A stretch of DNA of 64,000 bases from NCBI GenBank assembly GCA_963668025.2, contig CAXXTH010000017.1, positions 1,120,001 through 1,184,000 on the forward strand. The letters run 5' to 3'. This DNA comes from Candidatus Hydrogenedentota bacterium. GTDB taxonomy: Bacteria; Hydrogenedentota; Hydrogenedentia; Hydrogenedentales; SLHB01. The translations under genes were made by a program, and so were the position numbers. The notes under the pieces are model-generated. The model worked only from the letters and a program-made list of their open reading frames with translations, was not told the origin of the DNA and ran no database searches. Numbering within the stretch: the first letter of the stretch is position 1; each line of letters opens with the position of its first letter. Shown one piece after another: positions 8,955 through 18,321 of this stretch.

Positions 8955-9890
8955 CTATTCGGTTTCGATACTGCCGGGGGCCACGGCGCATACGATTTGG
9001 TTTTTGCCCCGTTTTTTAGCTTCATACAGGAGCGCATCCGCGCTTCGTATGATGGCTTCACTAGTGTATTTCTCTTCCGCCGGAGCCCAGATAAGCCCCA
9101 TGCTGGCCGTGACCGTGAGCGCGCCGGCGAAGGTGTTAAAGGGAACCCGATTGATCGACTGAAGGAATCGTTCGCCCAAGCCTTCGATGGCGCATGCGGG
9201 TATTTCCGTGGATACGACTAGGAACTCCTCGCCGCCGTAACGTCCGACCATATCGTATGAACGGCATACGGCGTCCAAACGGCGCGCCACTTCCACGAGC
9301 ACCTCATCGCCGCAGAGATGGCCATGGGTGTCGTTTATGCGTTTAAAGTTATCCAGATCGCACATAAGCGCCGCGATAGCGCCAGAGCGGCGCTGCTGGC
9401 GCGCCAGTTCGGAATTTAAGTGTTCCATGATGGCCATGCGGTTGGCCACATGGGTGAGCGGGTCGGTGCGGACGAGTATTTCCAACTGTTCGTTGGCCGC
9501 CTTTAATTTGAGCTGGAGATCGACGACGCGCTTCCCGGCATGAATCCGCGAACGCAGTTCATCCATGTCATACGGCTTCGTGAGAAAATCATCCGCGCCG
9601 CTATTGAGGGCGGTCACGATATCTTGTTTTTGTGATTTGGCGGTGAGGATAATGATGTAGGTGAAGGCTTCATCACCGCCCTGGCGTATTTGGCGGCACA
9701 CCTCGATCCCGTCGATATCGGGCATCATCCAGTCGAGAATAGCCAGCCGGGGTGAATTGGGCGTGCGCAGAACATCGAGGGCTTGCCGCCCATTTTCGAC
9801 GGAGGTCACCTCGTTGCCCCATTCGGTGAGATGCGCCTGGAGCAAGCACCGGGACACCTTGTCGTCATCGGCGATAAGGATTCTTTTCAT
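8955..9890 (-). CDS. response regulator diguanylate cyclase (REC-GGDEF)
   Basis: ILIADDD, LDWMMP receiver; DLDNFKRINDTHGHLCGD, RSYD I-site, GGEEF. Confidence 0.93.
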   Translation of the reverse strand: MKRILIADDDKVSRCLLQAHLTEWGNEVTSVENGRQALDVLRTPNSPRLAILDWMMPDIDGIEVCRQIRQGGDEAFTYIIILTAKSQKQDIVTALNSGADDFLTKPYDMDELRSRIHAGKRVVDLQLKLKAANEQLEILVRTDPLTHVANRMAIMEHLNSELARQQRRSGAIAALMCDLDNFKRINDTHGHLCGDEVLVEVARRLDAVCRSYDMVGRYGGEEFLVVSTEIPACAIEGLGERFLQSINRVPFNTFAGALTVTASMGLIWAPAEEKYTSEAIIRSADALLYEAKKRGKNQIVCAVAPGSIETE

Positions 9891-10412
9891 GGCCGCACCC
9901 CTATATGGTGCGGGCTATTCCCCTCGATATGCGATGAGAAGCGTGCAAACATTCGAGTACAGACGCCTTTGGGTTAAACACGCTGTAACTATAATAATAT
10001 AATCCGCCGCCCCGCTGTCATCATACTTGTTCCGGCAAGATCCTGCAACAACTTGTGGGGTGATCCCAGGGCTTACGCATCTAATAGTGCTCAAGAGTCG
10101 ATTTATCCTGTTGTGCATGATTTTTTCTGTCAACGTGGCCTGGGATTTTTCGCTTGGGGGAAGGTCTTTGCGCGCTCACGGCGGGTTTGCTTGACGACTT
10201 CGTCCACGTAGCGTTCAGCCAGCTTCATGAAAGCCTGGTAGCCATTGATGGCCTCTTTTAGGAACTCGGTTTCGCGCGCCGGCACATAGCGAACCACGTT
10301 CTTCTCGTTCTCCCAGCTCTGGTGGTTAAAGTGGGGACGCCCGCCCATTTGACAGAGCTTTCCGCGCTCCATCCGCTCAATCTGCGCCATGCGCTCCAGC
10401 AATGCTTGCATC

Positions 10413-11782
10413 GGGTGCTCCCTCAATATGATAACCTCAATTGACCCCGTGGCGGGCCACGTGTTGCCAGAACTGGTCCCAACGGCCCTCGGTCATCTCC
10501 AGCGACCTGAGCGCGATCACCGCGCTCGCGCCCGCTTCCTTCCACCGCATCCCGGAGCATGCCAGGCGTTGCTTGATCAGCGTCTTGCACGCCGCCTCCG
10601 TCACTCCGCTGCCGATGGGAAGGCGCTCCGCCGTGTGCCGCCAGTATTGCATCTTCGAGCGGTGATTGCCGAAGTAGGTGATCGCCTTGCCGAGTTCCTC
10701 GCGGCAAGCCTGGGCGCGCACGCTTGGCAAGCTCGCCTTCATCTCCTCCAGCAAGCGTCCGGCTGCGCCCCTCGTGTGCTTCAGCCGGTGACTCCAGTCC
10801 GCCTCCCACTCCCGGCGGCGCGCGCCATGACCGTGAATCGCCTCCGCCGCCTTCCCCACGTATTCCCGCGCGTGATAGAAATCCAGCATCTGCCGGTCCG
10901 TGCGCGGCGTCAAAAACTTCCAGTTGTCCGGCGCGCCGTCGGCCAGGCCGATATACAGCGCCGCCGGGTGCCTCGCCCTCACGCGCTCCACCTCGCGGCC
11001 GAAGCGCTCGAGGAAAGTCTGCTTGCCGTACTCGGGCGATGCGCCCGCGTAGATCGTGTGCAGCCGCTCCCCGTCCTTGTCGTACAGGCTGATGGACCCG
11101 CACATCGCCTGACGCCAGCCGTCCTCCCTGAGCAGCATGCAGGTGCCGTCCAGGCCCACGGCCACCGACGCGACCGGCCTGTCCAATTCCGGCAGCTCGT
11201 ACTCCCACGTCTCCTCCCTGGCCTGCGCCAGGGCGCCCACAAAATCGCCGATCTTCTTCACATAGTCGCGCGAGATTGCGCGGCCTGTCGACTCGAGCAG
11301 GTCGCGGCGCATGACATCGGCGCCCATGCGGGAGTATTTTCCGCTGACGATCCGGGCGTAGCGCGGCGTGGCGTTCATGACCATTCGCGCGTCCCGCTCC
11401 AGCGGGCAGAAGGTGCGCCCGCCCGTGGCGGTGTTCTGGTAGACGTGCCGCTCGACGCGGACCGGGCCGTGGGGCGTCTCGTAGGTCTGGCCGAAGCGCC
11501 CCTTGGTTTTGAAGGTGGTGGCGCCGACGCGGATGGGCGAGCCGTCTGTGTCGAAACGGGCCAGGGCCTCGGCCATGACTGCGCGCCCCACCCCGTTCAG
11601 GGCCTCCTGGACCGCCTCCTCCATATCGAGCATCGAACCACGCAGCCTCAGCGAGAAACTCACCTCGAACGTGTCGCCGTCGCGCCTTGTCACCATCGCT
11701 GCCATCGGTCTTCCTCCGTTAAGGGTCCGGCATACTTATCGACCCGACACGAGGATTTCTTTAGCATTCTGCGGGAACACCC
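10413..11782 (-). mobile_element. ISKra4-type (prokaryotic Mutator-like) insertion sequence, 1370 bp
   Basis: imperfect IRs GGGTGCTCCCTCAATATG / GGGTGTTCCCGCAGAATG; 8-bp TSD CTTGCATC at 10405-10412 and 11783-11790. Confidence 0.88.
10437..11705 (-). CDS. ISKra4-family transposase
   Basis: GLDGT, ADGA..NW, LDFYHA.EY, PIGSGVTEAACK, CSGMRW motifs. Confidence 0.9.
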   Translation of the reverse strand: MAAMVTRRDGDTFEVSFSLRLRGSMLDMEEAVQEALNGVGRAVMAEALARFDTDGSPIRVGATTFKTKGRFGQTYETPHGPVRVERHVYQNTATGGRTFCPLERDARMVMNATPRYARIVSGKYSRMGADVMRRDLLESTGRAISRDYVKKIGDFVGALAQAREETWEYELPELDRPVASVAVGLDGTCMLLREDGWRQAMCGSISLYDKDGERLHTIYAGASPEYGKQTFLERFGREVERVRARHPAALYIGLADGAPDNWKFLTPRTDRQMLDFYHAREYVGKAAEAIHGHGARRREWEADWSHRLKHTRGAAGRLLEEMKASLPSVRAQACREELGKAITYFGNHRSKMQYWRHTAERLPIGSGVTEAACKTLIKQRLACSGMRWKEAGASAVIALRSLEMTEGRWDQFWQHVARHGVN

Positions 11783-11814
11783 CTTGCATCTTTTTGGTGT
11801 GCTTCATGGATTTT

Positions 11815-11844
11815 AATATATAGAATTCTATATACTAGAGTCAA
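11815..11844 (-). promoter_or_regulatory. promoter with overlapping perfect 18-bp palindrome driving the accessory ORF
   Basis: minus strand TTGACT-N18-TATATT, ATG 7 nt downstream; TATATAGAATTCTATATA at 11817-11834. Confidence 0.6.
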
Positions 11845-11878
11845 CAGTGCTTCGGCGCATGAATGAAAGGAGCACCCC

Positions 11879-13036
11879 ATGACCGCTGAAAAGAAATCCC
11901 TGCCCAAGCCCAAGCCTATTATCGAGTGTTTCGCGGGCCTGCCTGATCCCCGCATGGACCGGACCCGCAGGCACAACTTCATTGACATCTTGATGATTGG
12001 GCTATGCTCAGCCCTCGTGGGCGGGGAGAGCTTTTCGGATATGGAGCGCTTCGGCTGGCTCCGGGAGGATTGGCTGAAGGGCTTCCTGGAATTGCCCGGC
12101 GGCATCCCCTCGCACGACACCTTCAACCGGGTCTTTTCCGCCCTCGACCCCCATGCCTTTCTGGAATGCTTCGGCCAATGGGTGCAGGGCATTTGCCCCA
12201 ATCTAAGCGATGAGGTCGTCGCCATTGACGGCAAAGCCCTGCGGCGCGCCTTGAATCAGGGGGAGGCCATCCCCTACATCGTCAGCGCATGGGCTTGCGA
12301 GCACGGCCTGGCGCTGGGGCAGGTCAAGGTGGACGAGAAATCCAACGAAATCACCGCCGTCCCCAAACTCCTCAACGCCTTAAAGCTCAAGGGAGCCATC
12401 GTCACCCTGGACGCCATGGGCTGCCAGAAGGATATCGCCTCCCACATTATCCAACGGCAGGCCGACTACGTGCTGGCCCTCAAAGGCAACCACGCCACCG
12501 CCCTAGAAGAAGTGAAGGCCTTTTTCAAGGACGCCGTTCCCCCTTGCGCCACCCAGTGCGCGCCAACAGCCGACGCCACACGGATGGATTTCCACCAGAC
12601 CATCGACAAGGGGCATGGCCGCATCGAAACCCGCCGATACTGGCAATCCACCGACTTGGGCTGGTTCGAGGACAAAGGACTTTGGAAGGGCCTCAAGAGT
12701 TTCGGCATGGTCGAGTCCATCCGCAAGGAAAAAGGGAAGAACACCATCGAGCGGCGCTACTACTTGAGCAGCCTGCCCCTCGACGCACGACGATTCGCCC
12801 ACGCCGTGCGTGGACACTGGGGCGTGGAAAACAATTTGCACTGGTGCCTAGACATTATCTTTCGCGAAGACGACAACCGCGCCCGAACAAGAAACGCCGC
12901 CCAGAATCTCGCCTCCTTGAGGAGAATTACACTCAACCTCCTCAAGAAAGACAAGACCAACAAAGATTTCCTCAGGGGCAAGCGCTTCGCTGCTGCACTC
13001 GACCCCGAATACCTTCTACGTTTACTGGGAATTTAG
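11879..13036 (+). CDS. ISAs1-family transposase
   Basis: LPDPR, GIPSHDTF, AIDGK.LR, KSNEI, DAMGCQ, LKGN, HGRIETR, RGHWGVEN.LHW.LD..F.ED. Confidence 0.96.
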   Translation: MTAEKKSLPKPKPIIECFAGLPDPRMDRTRRHNFIDILMIGLCSALVGGESFSDMERFGWLREDWLKGFLELPGGIPSHDTFNRVFSALDPHAFLECFGQWVQGICPNLSDEVVAIDGKALRRALNQGEAIPYIVSAWACEHGLALGQVKVDEKSNEITAVPKLLNALKLKGAIVTLDAMGCQKDIASHIIQRQADYVLALKGNHATALEEVKAFFKDAVPPCATQCAPTADATRMDFHQTIDKGHGRIETRRYWQSTDLGWFEDKGLWKGLKSFGMVESIRKEKGKNTIERRYYLSSLPLDARRFAHAVRGHWGVENNLHWCLDIIFREDDNRARTRNAAQNLASLRRITLNLLKKDKTNKDFLRGKRFAAALDPEYLLRLLGI

Positions 13037-13155
13037 ATGCGTAAGCCCTGTCTTGAATCCGGGCTTTTTTGTTTCCCTTCTCCGGCCCTTGCATGCTACC
13101 TTATTAAGCCGTTTCCGTGGCGGTCTTGGCAAAACGATAGGGGAGTCCTGCTTTT

Positions 13156-14046
13156 ATGAAGATCCATTCGCACTTTGTAGGTGCGCGAACCAAATTGCTG
13201 GAAATAGACGCTACTGGGCGGTTAGGAATGAACTACGCTGCGTCAATTGATGATTATAATCCGTTGTATTTCGATGATGCGCAAGACGGTGGCGCTATCT
13301 TGCCGCCCATGGCGAGCCTGGCGCTGACGTGGCCTTTCACGGGCAATTTTTTGGAGACTTGGGATCGAAACACGCTCACCAGCGATTTTCCGGTTGAAGT
13401 CATGCGCCAGCAGGTGCATTTTGGCGAAACGCTCTTCTGGAACCGCCCCGTACAGGCCGGGGAAAAACTGCATCTTCAAGGTTCGATGGCGGCCATTTTC
13501 CCCCACCGGGGAGGCACGGAAATGGTTGTGCGCTACGATGCACGGGATATGCAAGGCAACCTAGTATTTACGGAATATGAGGGGGCTTTATTGCGGCGGG
13601 TGCGCTGCGGGGACGAAGGAACGGGGATGGAGAATCTGCCTGCCGTGCCAAAATGCCCGCCAGTGGAACATCCCTTATGGGAAGCGAGTTCGCCTATTTC
13701 AAAAACGGCCGCCCATGTGTACGACGGCTGCACGAATATGCATTTCCCGATTCATACCTCGGCTAAATTCGCCCGGTCCGTGGGATTGAAAGGCATTATT
13801 TTTCAAGGGGCCGCCACGCTCAGCATGGCCGTGCGCGATCTCACCAACCGGGAAGCGGCAGGCGATGCATGCCGGGTCAAAGCAGTGTCGTGCCGGTTTA
13901 CAGGAATGGTCATGCCGGGCAGCGAGATCACCCTCCGGCTTTTACGACGGACGCAGTCGGAAACCGGCGCAGCCCTCTTTTTCGACGTGCTCAATGCCGA
14001 AGGAAAGCCCGCTATAAGCCAAGGATATGTCTTGTTATCACCGTGA
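13156..14046 (+). CDS. MaoC-like double hot-dog dehydratase
   Basis: YAASIDDYNPLYFD and FPIHTSAKFARSVGLKGIIFQG hydratase-like motifs. Confidence 0.8.
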   Translation: MKIHSHFVGARTKLLEIDATGRLGMNYAASIDDYNPLYFDDAQDGGAILPPMASLALTWPFTGNFLETWDRNTLTSDFPVEVMRQQVHFGETLFWNRPVQAGEKLHLQGSMAAIFPHRGGTEMVVRYDARDMQGNLVFTEYEGALLRRVRCGDEGTGMENLPAVPKCPPVEHPLWEASSPISKTAAHVYDGCTNMHFPIHTSAKFARSVGLKGIIFQGAATLSMAVRDLTNREAAGDACRVKAVSCRFTGMVMPGSEITLRLLRRTQSETGAALFFDVLNAEGKPAISQGYVLLSP

Positions 14047-14051
14047 TGGGC

Positions 14052-15347
14052 TCAAGAAGCGCCTTTGCCGTTATTTTCATGGAAGACCCGTTTGGCTTTC
14101 CCTTCTTGCCGGGGCAGGCCGCCGATAGGGAAGACATCCCCTTTCGGGCTGAAGCCTAGGCTTTCCTTGAGGGCCTTTTCGACGATATACCCCGTGACGC
14201 CCGGCTCGGCCTCGACATGGATGCGCACATCGCGCACGCCATCGGCCTCTTCGATGATGATTTGGTAATTCGAGCCTACGCCGGGAATCTGCATCAAGGC
14301 CTGCTCGACTTGGCGCGGGAAGAAATTCACGCCCTTGACGATCAGCATGTCGTCCACCCGGCCCGTAATAGGGGCGATGCGCACATGTGTGCGGCCGCAG
14401 GCACAAGGTTTGCGCGACACCACACGGGTCAAATCGCCGGTGCGGAAACGGATGACGGGCAGCGCCTGACGGGTAAGCGAAGTGACAACCAATTCACCGA
14501 TTTCCCCATCTTTTACCGGGTGGCCGGAGAAGTGGTCCACGATTTCGGTGATGTAATGGTCTTCCCACACGTGGATGCCGTTATGGGCGGGGCAGTCCAT
14601 TCCTAATGTGCCTACGCCGCCGGTCTCGGTCATGCCATAGATATCGAAGGCCTCGATGTTCAGGTTCTTGCTTATTTTCTGTTTCATCGACTCCGAGAAG
14701 GCTTCCGCGCCGAAGATGCCGATTTTGAGGCTGGGCAAGCTCTGGTCCAATTCGCTTAGCACTTCCATGATGCGGATGCCGTAGCTCACCACGCCCATGA
14801 GAATGCGCGTTTGGAAATCACGGGCGAGCTGGAGCTGGCGGTGGGTGTTGCCCGCGCCGGTAGGCAGGATGAATAATCCCGCTGCACGCGCGCCGTGGTA
14901 CATGCCGAATCCGCCGTTGAATAGCCCGAAGGAGGGGGTGATCTGCACCGTGTCGCCCGCTTCGGCCCCCGCCATGCGGTAGCACCGCGCCATGCATTCC
15001 GCCCATTGCAGCAGGTCGCTCTGGGTATAGGGCATCACCACGGGCGTGCCGGTCGAGCCTGAGGACATATGCATCTCGGAAAGCATATGCTTTTCGACGC
15101 AGCATAATCCTAGCGGGTAATTCTCGCGGAAAACCTCTTTATCCATGAAAGGGATCTTGCGCAGATCATCCAGGGATTGAATGTCTTCAGGGTCCACATT
15201 CGCTTCTTCGAAACGCGCATGCTGCGCGGGGTTCAACTGATAGACATACCGGAACGTCTCCTTGAGCCGTTCGAGTTGCATGGCGTTCAGTTCATCGGCG
15301 GATGCCGTTTCCATGCGTTTGTTGTGGAAGTGGCTTCCATCGCTCAT
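14052..15347 (-). CDS. paaK: phenylacetate-CoA ligase family protein
   Basis: HMSSGSTGTP, DIYGMTE, RFRTGDL, GRVDDMLIVKGVN; adjacent to iorAB. Confidence 0.85.
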   Translation of the reverse strand: MSDGSHFHNKRMETASADELNAMQLERLKETFRYVYQLNPAQHARFEEANVDPEDIQSLDDLRKIPFMDKEVFRENYPLGLCCVEKHMLSEMHMSSGSTGTPVVMPYTQSDLLQWAECMARCYRMAGAEAGDTVQITPSFGLFNGGFGMYHGARAAGLFILPTGAGNTHRQLQLARDFQTRILMGVVSYGIRIMEVLSELDQSLPSLKIGIFGAEAFSESMKQKISKNLNIEAFDIYGMTETGGVGTLGMDCPAHNGIHVWEDHYITEIVDHFSGHPVKDGEIGELVVTSLTRQALPVIRFRTGDLTRVVSRKPCACGRTHVRIAPITGRVDDMLIVKGVNFFPRQVEQALMQIPGVGSNYQIIIEEADGVRDVRIHVEAEPGVTGYIVEKALKESLGFSPKGDVFPIGGLPRQEGKAKRVFHENNGKGAS

Positions 15348-15928
15348 TGGGCGTTCCTCCCTACTTCAAAGGCCTGCATGTTGAGTGCGCGAAAACGCTC
15401 CGGCACACTCGACGCCACGGCCTCGCGCCAGGCGTCCACGGGCAGTTCGAGGCCCCGTGACACGGCGCCTACAATAATTACATTCGCTACGCGGGTGTTC
15501 CCCAGTTCTTCGGCGAGCTTCACGGCATCCAAGTATATCAAATGCGGAAACGCCCCGCGTATCCGCTCTTCCGCGTCTTCGGGATATTTCGCCGCGCCCA
15601 TGCTCACCGTAACCGGAATGGTCATCTGGCTGCTGACGACGGCAAGCCCGCCGGGGGCGAGATAGTGGGCGAAACGCAGCGCCTCGATGCGTTCAAGGGA
15701 CGCCAGCACGCGCGCCGCGCCTTCCTCGACCAGGGGGCTGTAGACTTCCGCGCCATAACGGATCTGCGCGACCACCGAACCGCCGCGCTGGGCCATGCCG
15801 TGGACTTCGTTGGTTTTCACTTGGAAGCCGGCGGCCATGGCCGCACGGGCGACAATTTCGCTGGCCAGCAAGATGCCCTGGCCGCCCACGCCCACTAATA
15901 CGACACTCGTGGCTTGTTCTGTTTTCAT
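15344..15928 (-). CDS. iorB: indolepyruvate:ferredoxin oxidoreductase beta subunit
   Basis: GVGGQGILLAS, EVHGMAQRGGSV. Confidence 0.92.
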   Translation of the reverse strand: MKTEQATSVVLVGVGGQGILLASEIVARAAMAAGFQVKTNEVHGMAQRGGSVVAQIRYGAEVYSPLVEEGAARVLASLERIEALRFAHYLAPGGLAVVSSQMTIPVTVSMGAAKYPEDAEERIRGAFPHLIYLDAVKLAEELGNTRVANVIIVGAVSRGLELPVDAWREAVASSVPERFRALNMQAFEVGRNAQ

Positions 15929-16145
15929 CGAGTTTATTAACTCCCCACACACCGGCTCGTCCGCTTGGCAAAGCCGCGCTATTTAAAACGCGCAAAGAAC
16001 GCAGAGCATCGCAGAGAATGCGCTATGTCTTAGCGGCCCGTTTCATACGTTCGGTGGCGTATTTAATCCAGCTTTCTATAAATCAACGCAATATACGTTA
16101 ATGTATTCATGAAACAAACTACTCTATAGATAACTCTATCGAGTT

Positions 16146-16183
16146 TGTCCAATCTTGCTCATCTTGTAAATCATGTCTAAAAA
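16146..16183. repeat. palindromic repeat family B arm
   Basis: TGTCCAATCTTGCTCATCTTGTAAATCATGTCTAAAAA, matches 53824-53855. Confidence 0.7.
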
Positions 16184-16215
16184 TGGGCTCTTGCCTTCAT
16201 CCGCCAAAGTAACCT

Positions 16216-16240
16216 AAAAAAGACCTGAACAGGAGGTCTT
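16216..16240 (-). terminator. possible intrinsic terminator between iorA and iorB
   Basis: minus strand AAGACCT-cctgttc-AGGTCTT followed by a T tract. Confidence 0.4.
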
Positions 16241-16424
16241 CTTCTCCCGGCGGGCCTCCGCGTTCTTTTCCGCTATCTGGAAAAATGTTGTTTTCTAGCT
16301 TTTTTATACGCCGTTGTAAGGGCGCGTTGAATGCGCCTTCTCCTTTCTCGCATGGGCGAGACGCCCATGCCACGGGAGTTGTAAAAACATTAAAAAGATA
16401 TATTCGAGTTCATTCGCCCCGCTA

Positions 16425-18173
16425 TCATTCTTCCACGGTAATCACCGCGCCATGGCGGCATACCTGCACGCATAGGCCGCAACCGCTGCATAAGTATTCG
16501 CTGATATGCGGCTTGCCATTGCCGCCCTCGATAGCGGGACAACCCAGCTTCAAGCATAAACGGCAGCCCTCGCATTTTTCCTCATCGATTGCTTTGCGCA
16601 CGCCCACGGGCTTGTGTTCATGTAATGGGCACGGGGCCACCGAGACGATGAGCGAGGGCTCGTCCGCCTCTATCTCTTCCGTAATGACCTTGAGCGTGTT
16701 TTCGAGGTCATAGGGATTAATCACCTGGACCCGTTTGATGCCGCAGGCCCGGCCGATTTCCGCGATGGACGCCTCGCCGGTTTTCTCGCCCATGAGCGTG
16801 CGGCCCGTGCCGGGATGGTCTTGATGGCCCGTCATGGCCGTCGTGCGGTTGTCCACCACGATGATGGTGGATTTGCCCTTGTTGTACGCAATATCGAGCA
16901 GGGCCGTGACGCCCGAGTGGAAAAACGTCGAGTCGCCGACGATCCCGACGACCTTCTCCGGTTCGCCTGCCTTATCCATGCCATGGGCCATCGAGATGCC
17001 GCCGCCCATGCAGAGAATGACATCTATGCGGTCGAGCGGCTTGAATACGCCAAGGCTGTAGCAGCCGATATCGCCCGTCACCACCACATCGTGCCGCCCT
17101 AGCGCCCAAAACACCCCGCGATGGGGGCAGCCCGGGCACAGCACCGGCGGGCGGGCAGGCAAGCCCTGCGCATAAGCGGGCGGTTCTGACACCGACGGTT
17201 TCGCCCCTTCCATCCGCGCCCGCGCCGTGCGAAGCACGGTGGGCGACAATTCACCCACGCCCGGTATAAATGCCTGGCCCGCACAGGTAATACCCATAGC
17301 CAGGACATGCTCCTCCAAAAAGTCGTCGAGTTCCTCGACAACCAGCACCCGCTCGACGCCCGACGCGAACTCACGAATCAGGGCGTCCGGAAAAGGATAG
17401 GAAAAACCGAGCTTCAAAACAGACGCATCAGGCCAGACTTCGCGCACATATTGGTAAGCGATGCCCGGGGCGATGATGCCCAGGCCTTTGTCGCGCCATT
17501 CGATCCGGTTCGCCTTCGAGCGCGACGCTTCACCCTCGAGATTGGCCAGGCGCGTCTCGAGGTTCCGCCGCATCACGCGCCCCCAGATCGGGATCGGCAC
17601 ATGGCGCGGCGGATCCTTTATAAATCCAATTTCCCGGTCCAATTCCACCCGTTCGCCCAGTTCGACAAGGCTTTTCGAGTGGCTCACGCGCGTCGTGCTG
17701 CGCAAGATCACCGGCGTGCGGTAGGCTTCCGAGAGTTCGAGCGCTAGGCGGAGAAAATCCTTGGCTTCCTGCGAATCCGAAGGCTCGAAGATGGGGATCT
17801 TGGCGAACCGGGCGTAATGCCGCGTATCTTGTTCCGTCTGGGATGAATGCATGCCCGGGTCGTCGGCCACGCACGCCACGAATCCGCCTTCAACACCGAT
17901 ATAACTGAGCGTCATCAGCGGATCCGCGGCCACATTCAATCCGACATGCTTCATGGTTACGATGACCCGCGCGCCGCATAACGAAGCGCCCGCCGCCACC
18001 TCGAAGGCCACCTTCTCGTTGGGCGACCACTCGCAATAAATAACGTCTTTATATTCAACCGCCTTCTCGAGGATCTCGGTCGAGGGCGTTCCAGGATAGC
18101 CCGTGGCGACGGTTACTCCCGCCTCGAAAGCTCCCCGGCCTATCGCTTCATTACCCGATAATAACTCAAACAA
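16425..18173 (-). CDS. iorA: indolepyruvate:ferredoxin oxidoreductase alpha subunit
   Basis: GNEAIGRGA, GYPGTPSTE, MKHVGLNVAAD, LCPGCPHRG, GDSTFFHSG, C-terminal ferredoxin; TTG start chosen after GGAGG. Confidence 0.93.
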   Translation of the reverse strand: MFELLSGNEAIGRGAFEAGVTVATGYPGTPSTEILEKAVEYKDVIYCEWSPNEKVAFEVAAGASLCGARVIVTMKHVGLNVAADPLMTLSYIGVEGGFVACVADDPGMHSSQTEQDTRHYARFAKIPIFEPSDSQEAKDFLRLALELSEAYRTPVILRSTTRVSHSKSLVELGERVELDREIGFIKDPPRHVPIPIWGRVMRRNLETRLANLEGEASRSKANRIEWRDKGLGIIAPGIAYQYVREVWPDASVLKLGFSYPFPDALIREFASGVERVLVVEELDDFLEEHVLAMGITCAGQAFIPGVGELSPTVLRTARARMEGAKPSVSEPPAYAQGLPARPPVLCPGCPHRGVFWALGRHDVVVTGDIGCYSLGVFKPLDRIDVILCMGGGISMAHGMDKAGEPEKVVGIVGDSTFFHSGVTALLDIAYNKGKSTIIVVDNRTTAMTGHQDHPGTGRTLMGEKTGEASIAEIGRACGIKRVQVINPYDLENTLKVITEEIEADEPSLIVSVAPCPLHEHKPVGVRKAIDEEKCEGCRLCLKLGCPAIEGGNGKPHISEYLCSGCGLCVQVCRHGAVITVEE

Positions 18174-18321
18174 ACGTTTGCCTCCTTCGCATGGGATTCG
18201 CGCCAAGCAGTGGGAAGTTAGTTATAACATCTCGGGCGGCGCACTTTCTAGCAGGGAAGAATGGAGGGAAGGATGGAGCAATATTACAATAATATATCAC
18301 TTTTTATTTGGATGGCGTGCT

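Larger units (their letters stand above)
10130..11807 (-). pseudogene. IS-associated accessory ORF (DUF6788-like), split by the nested IS: 11807-11783 joined to 10404-10130
   Basis: removing the IS and one TSD gives in-frame MKHTKKMQALLERMAQIERMERGKLCQM... (99 aa). Confidence 0.75.
10067..13050 (+). mobile_element. ISAs1-family insertion sequence carrying an accessory ORF and a nested IS
   Basis: perfect 18-bp terminal IRs CAGGGCTTACGCATCTAA (10067-10084) / TTAGATGCGTAAGCCCTG (13033-13050); ISAs1 transposase inside. Confidence 0.9.

Noticed and set aside
10057-13060. Target-site duplication for the ISAs1 element
   Set aside because: Flanks GGGGTGATCC and TCTTGAATCC share only ATCC.
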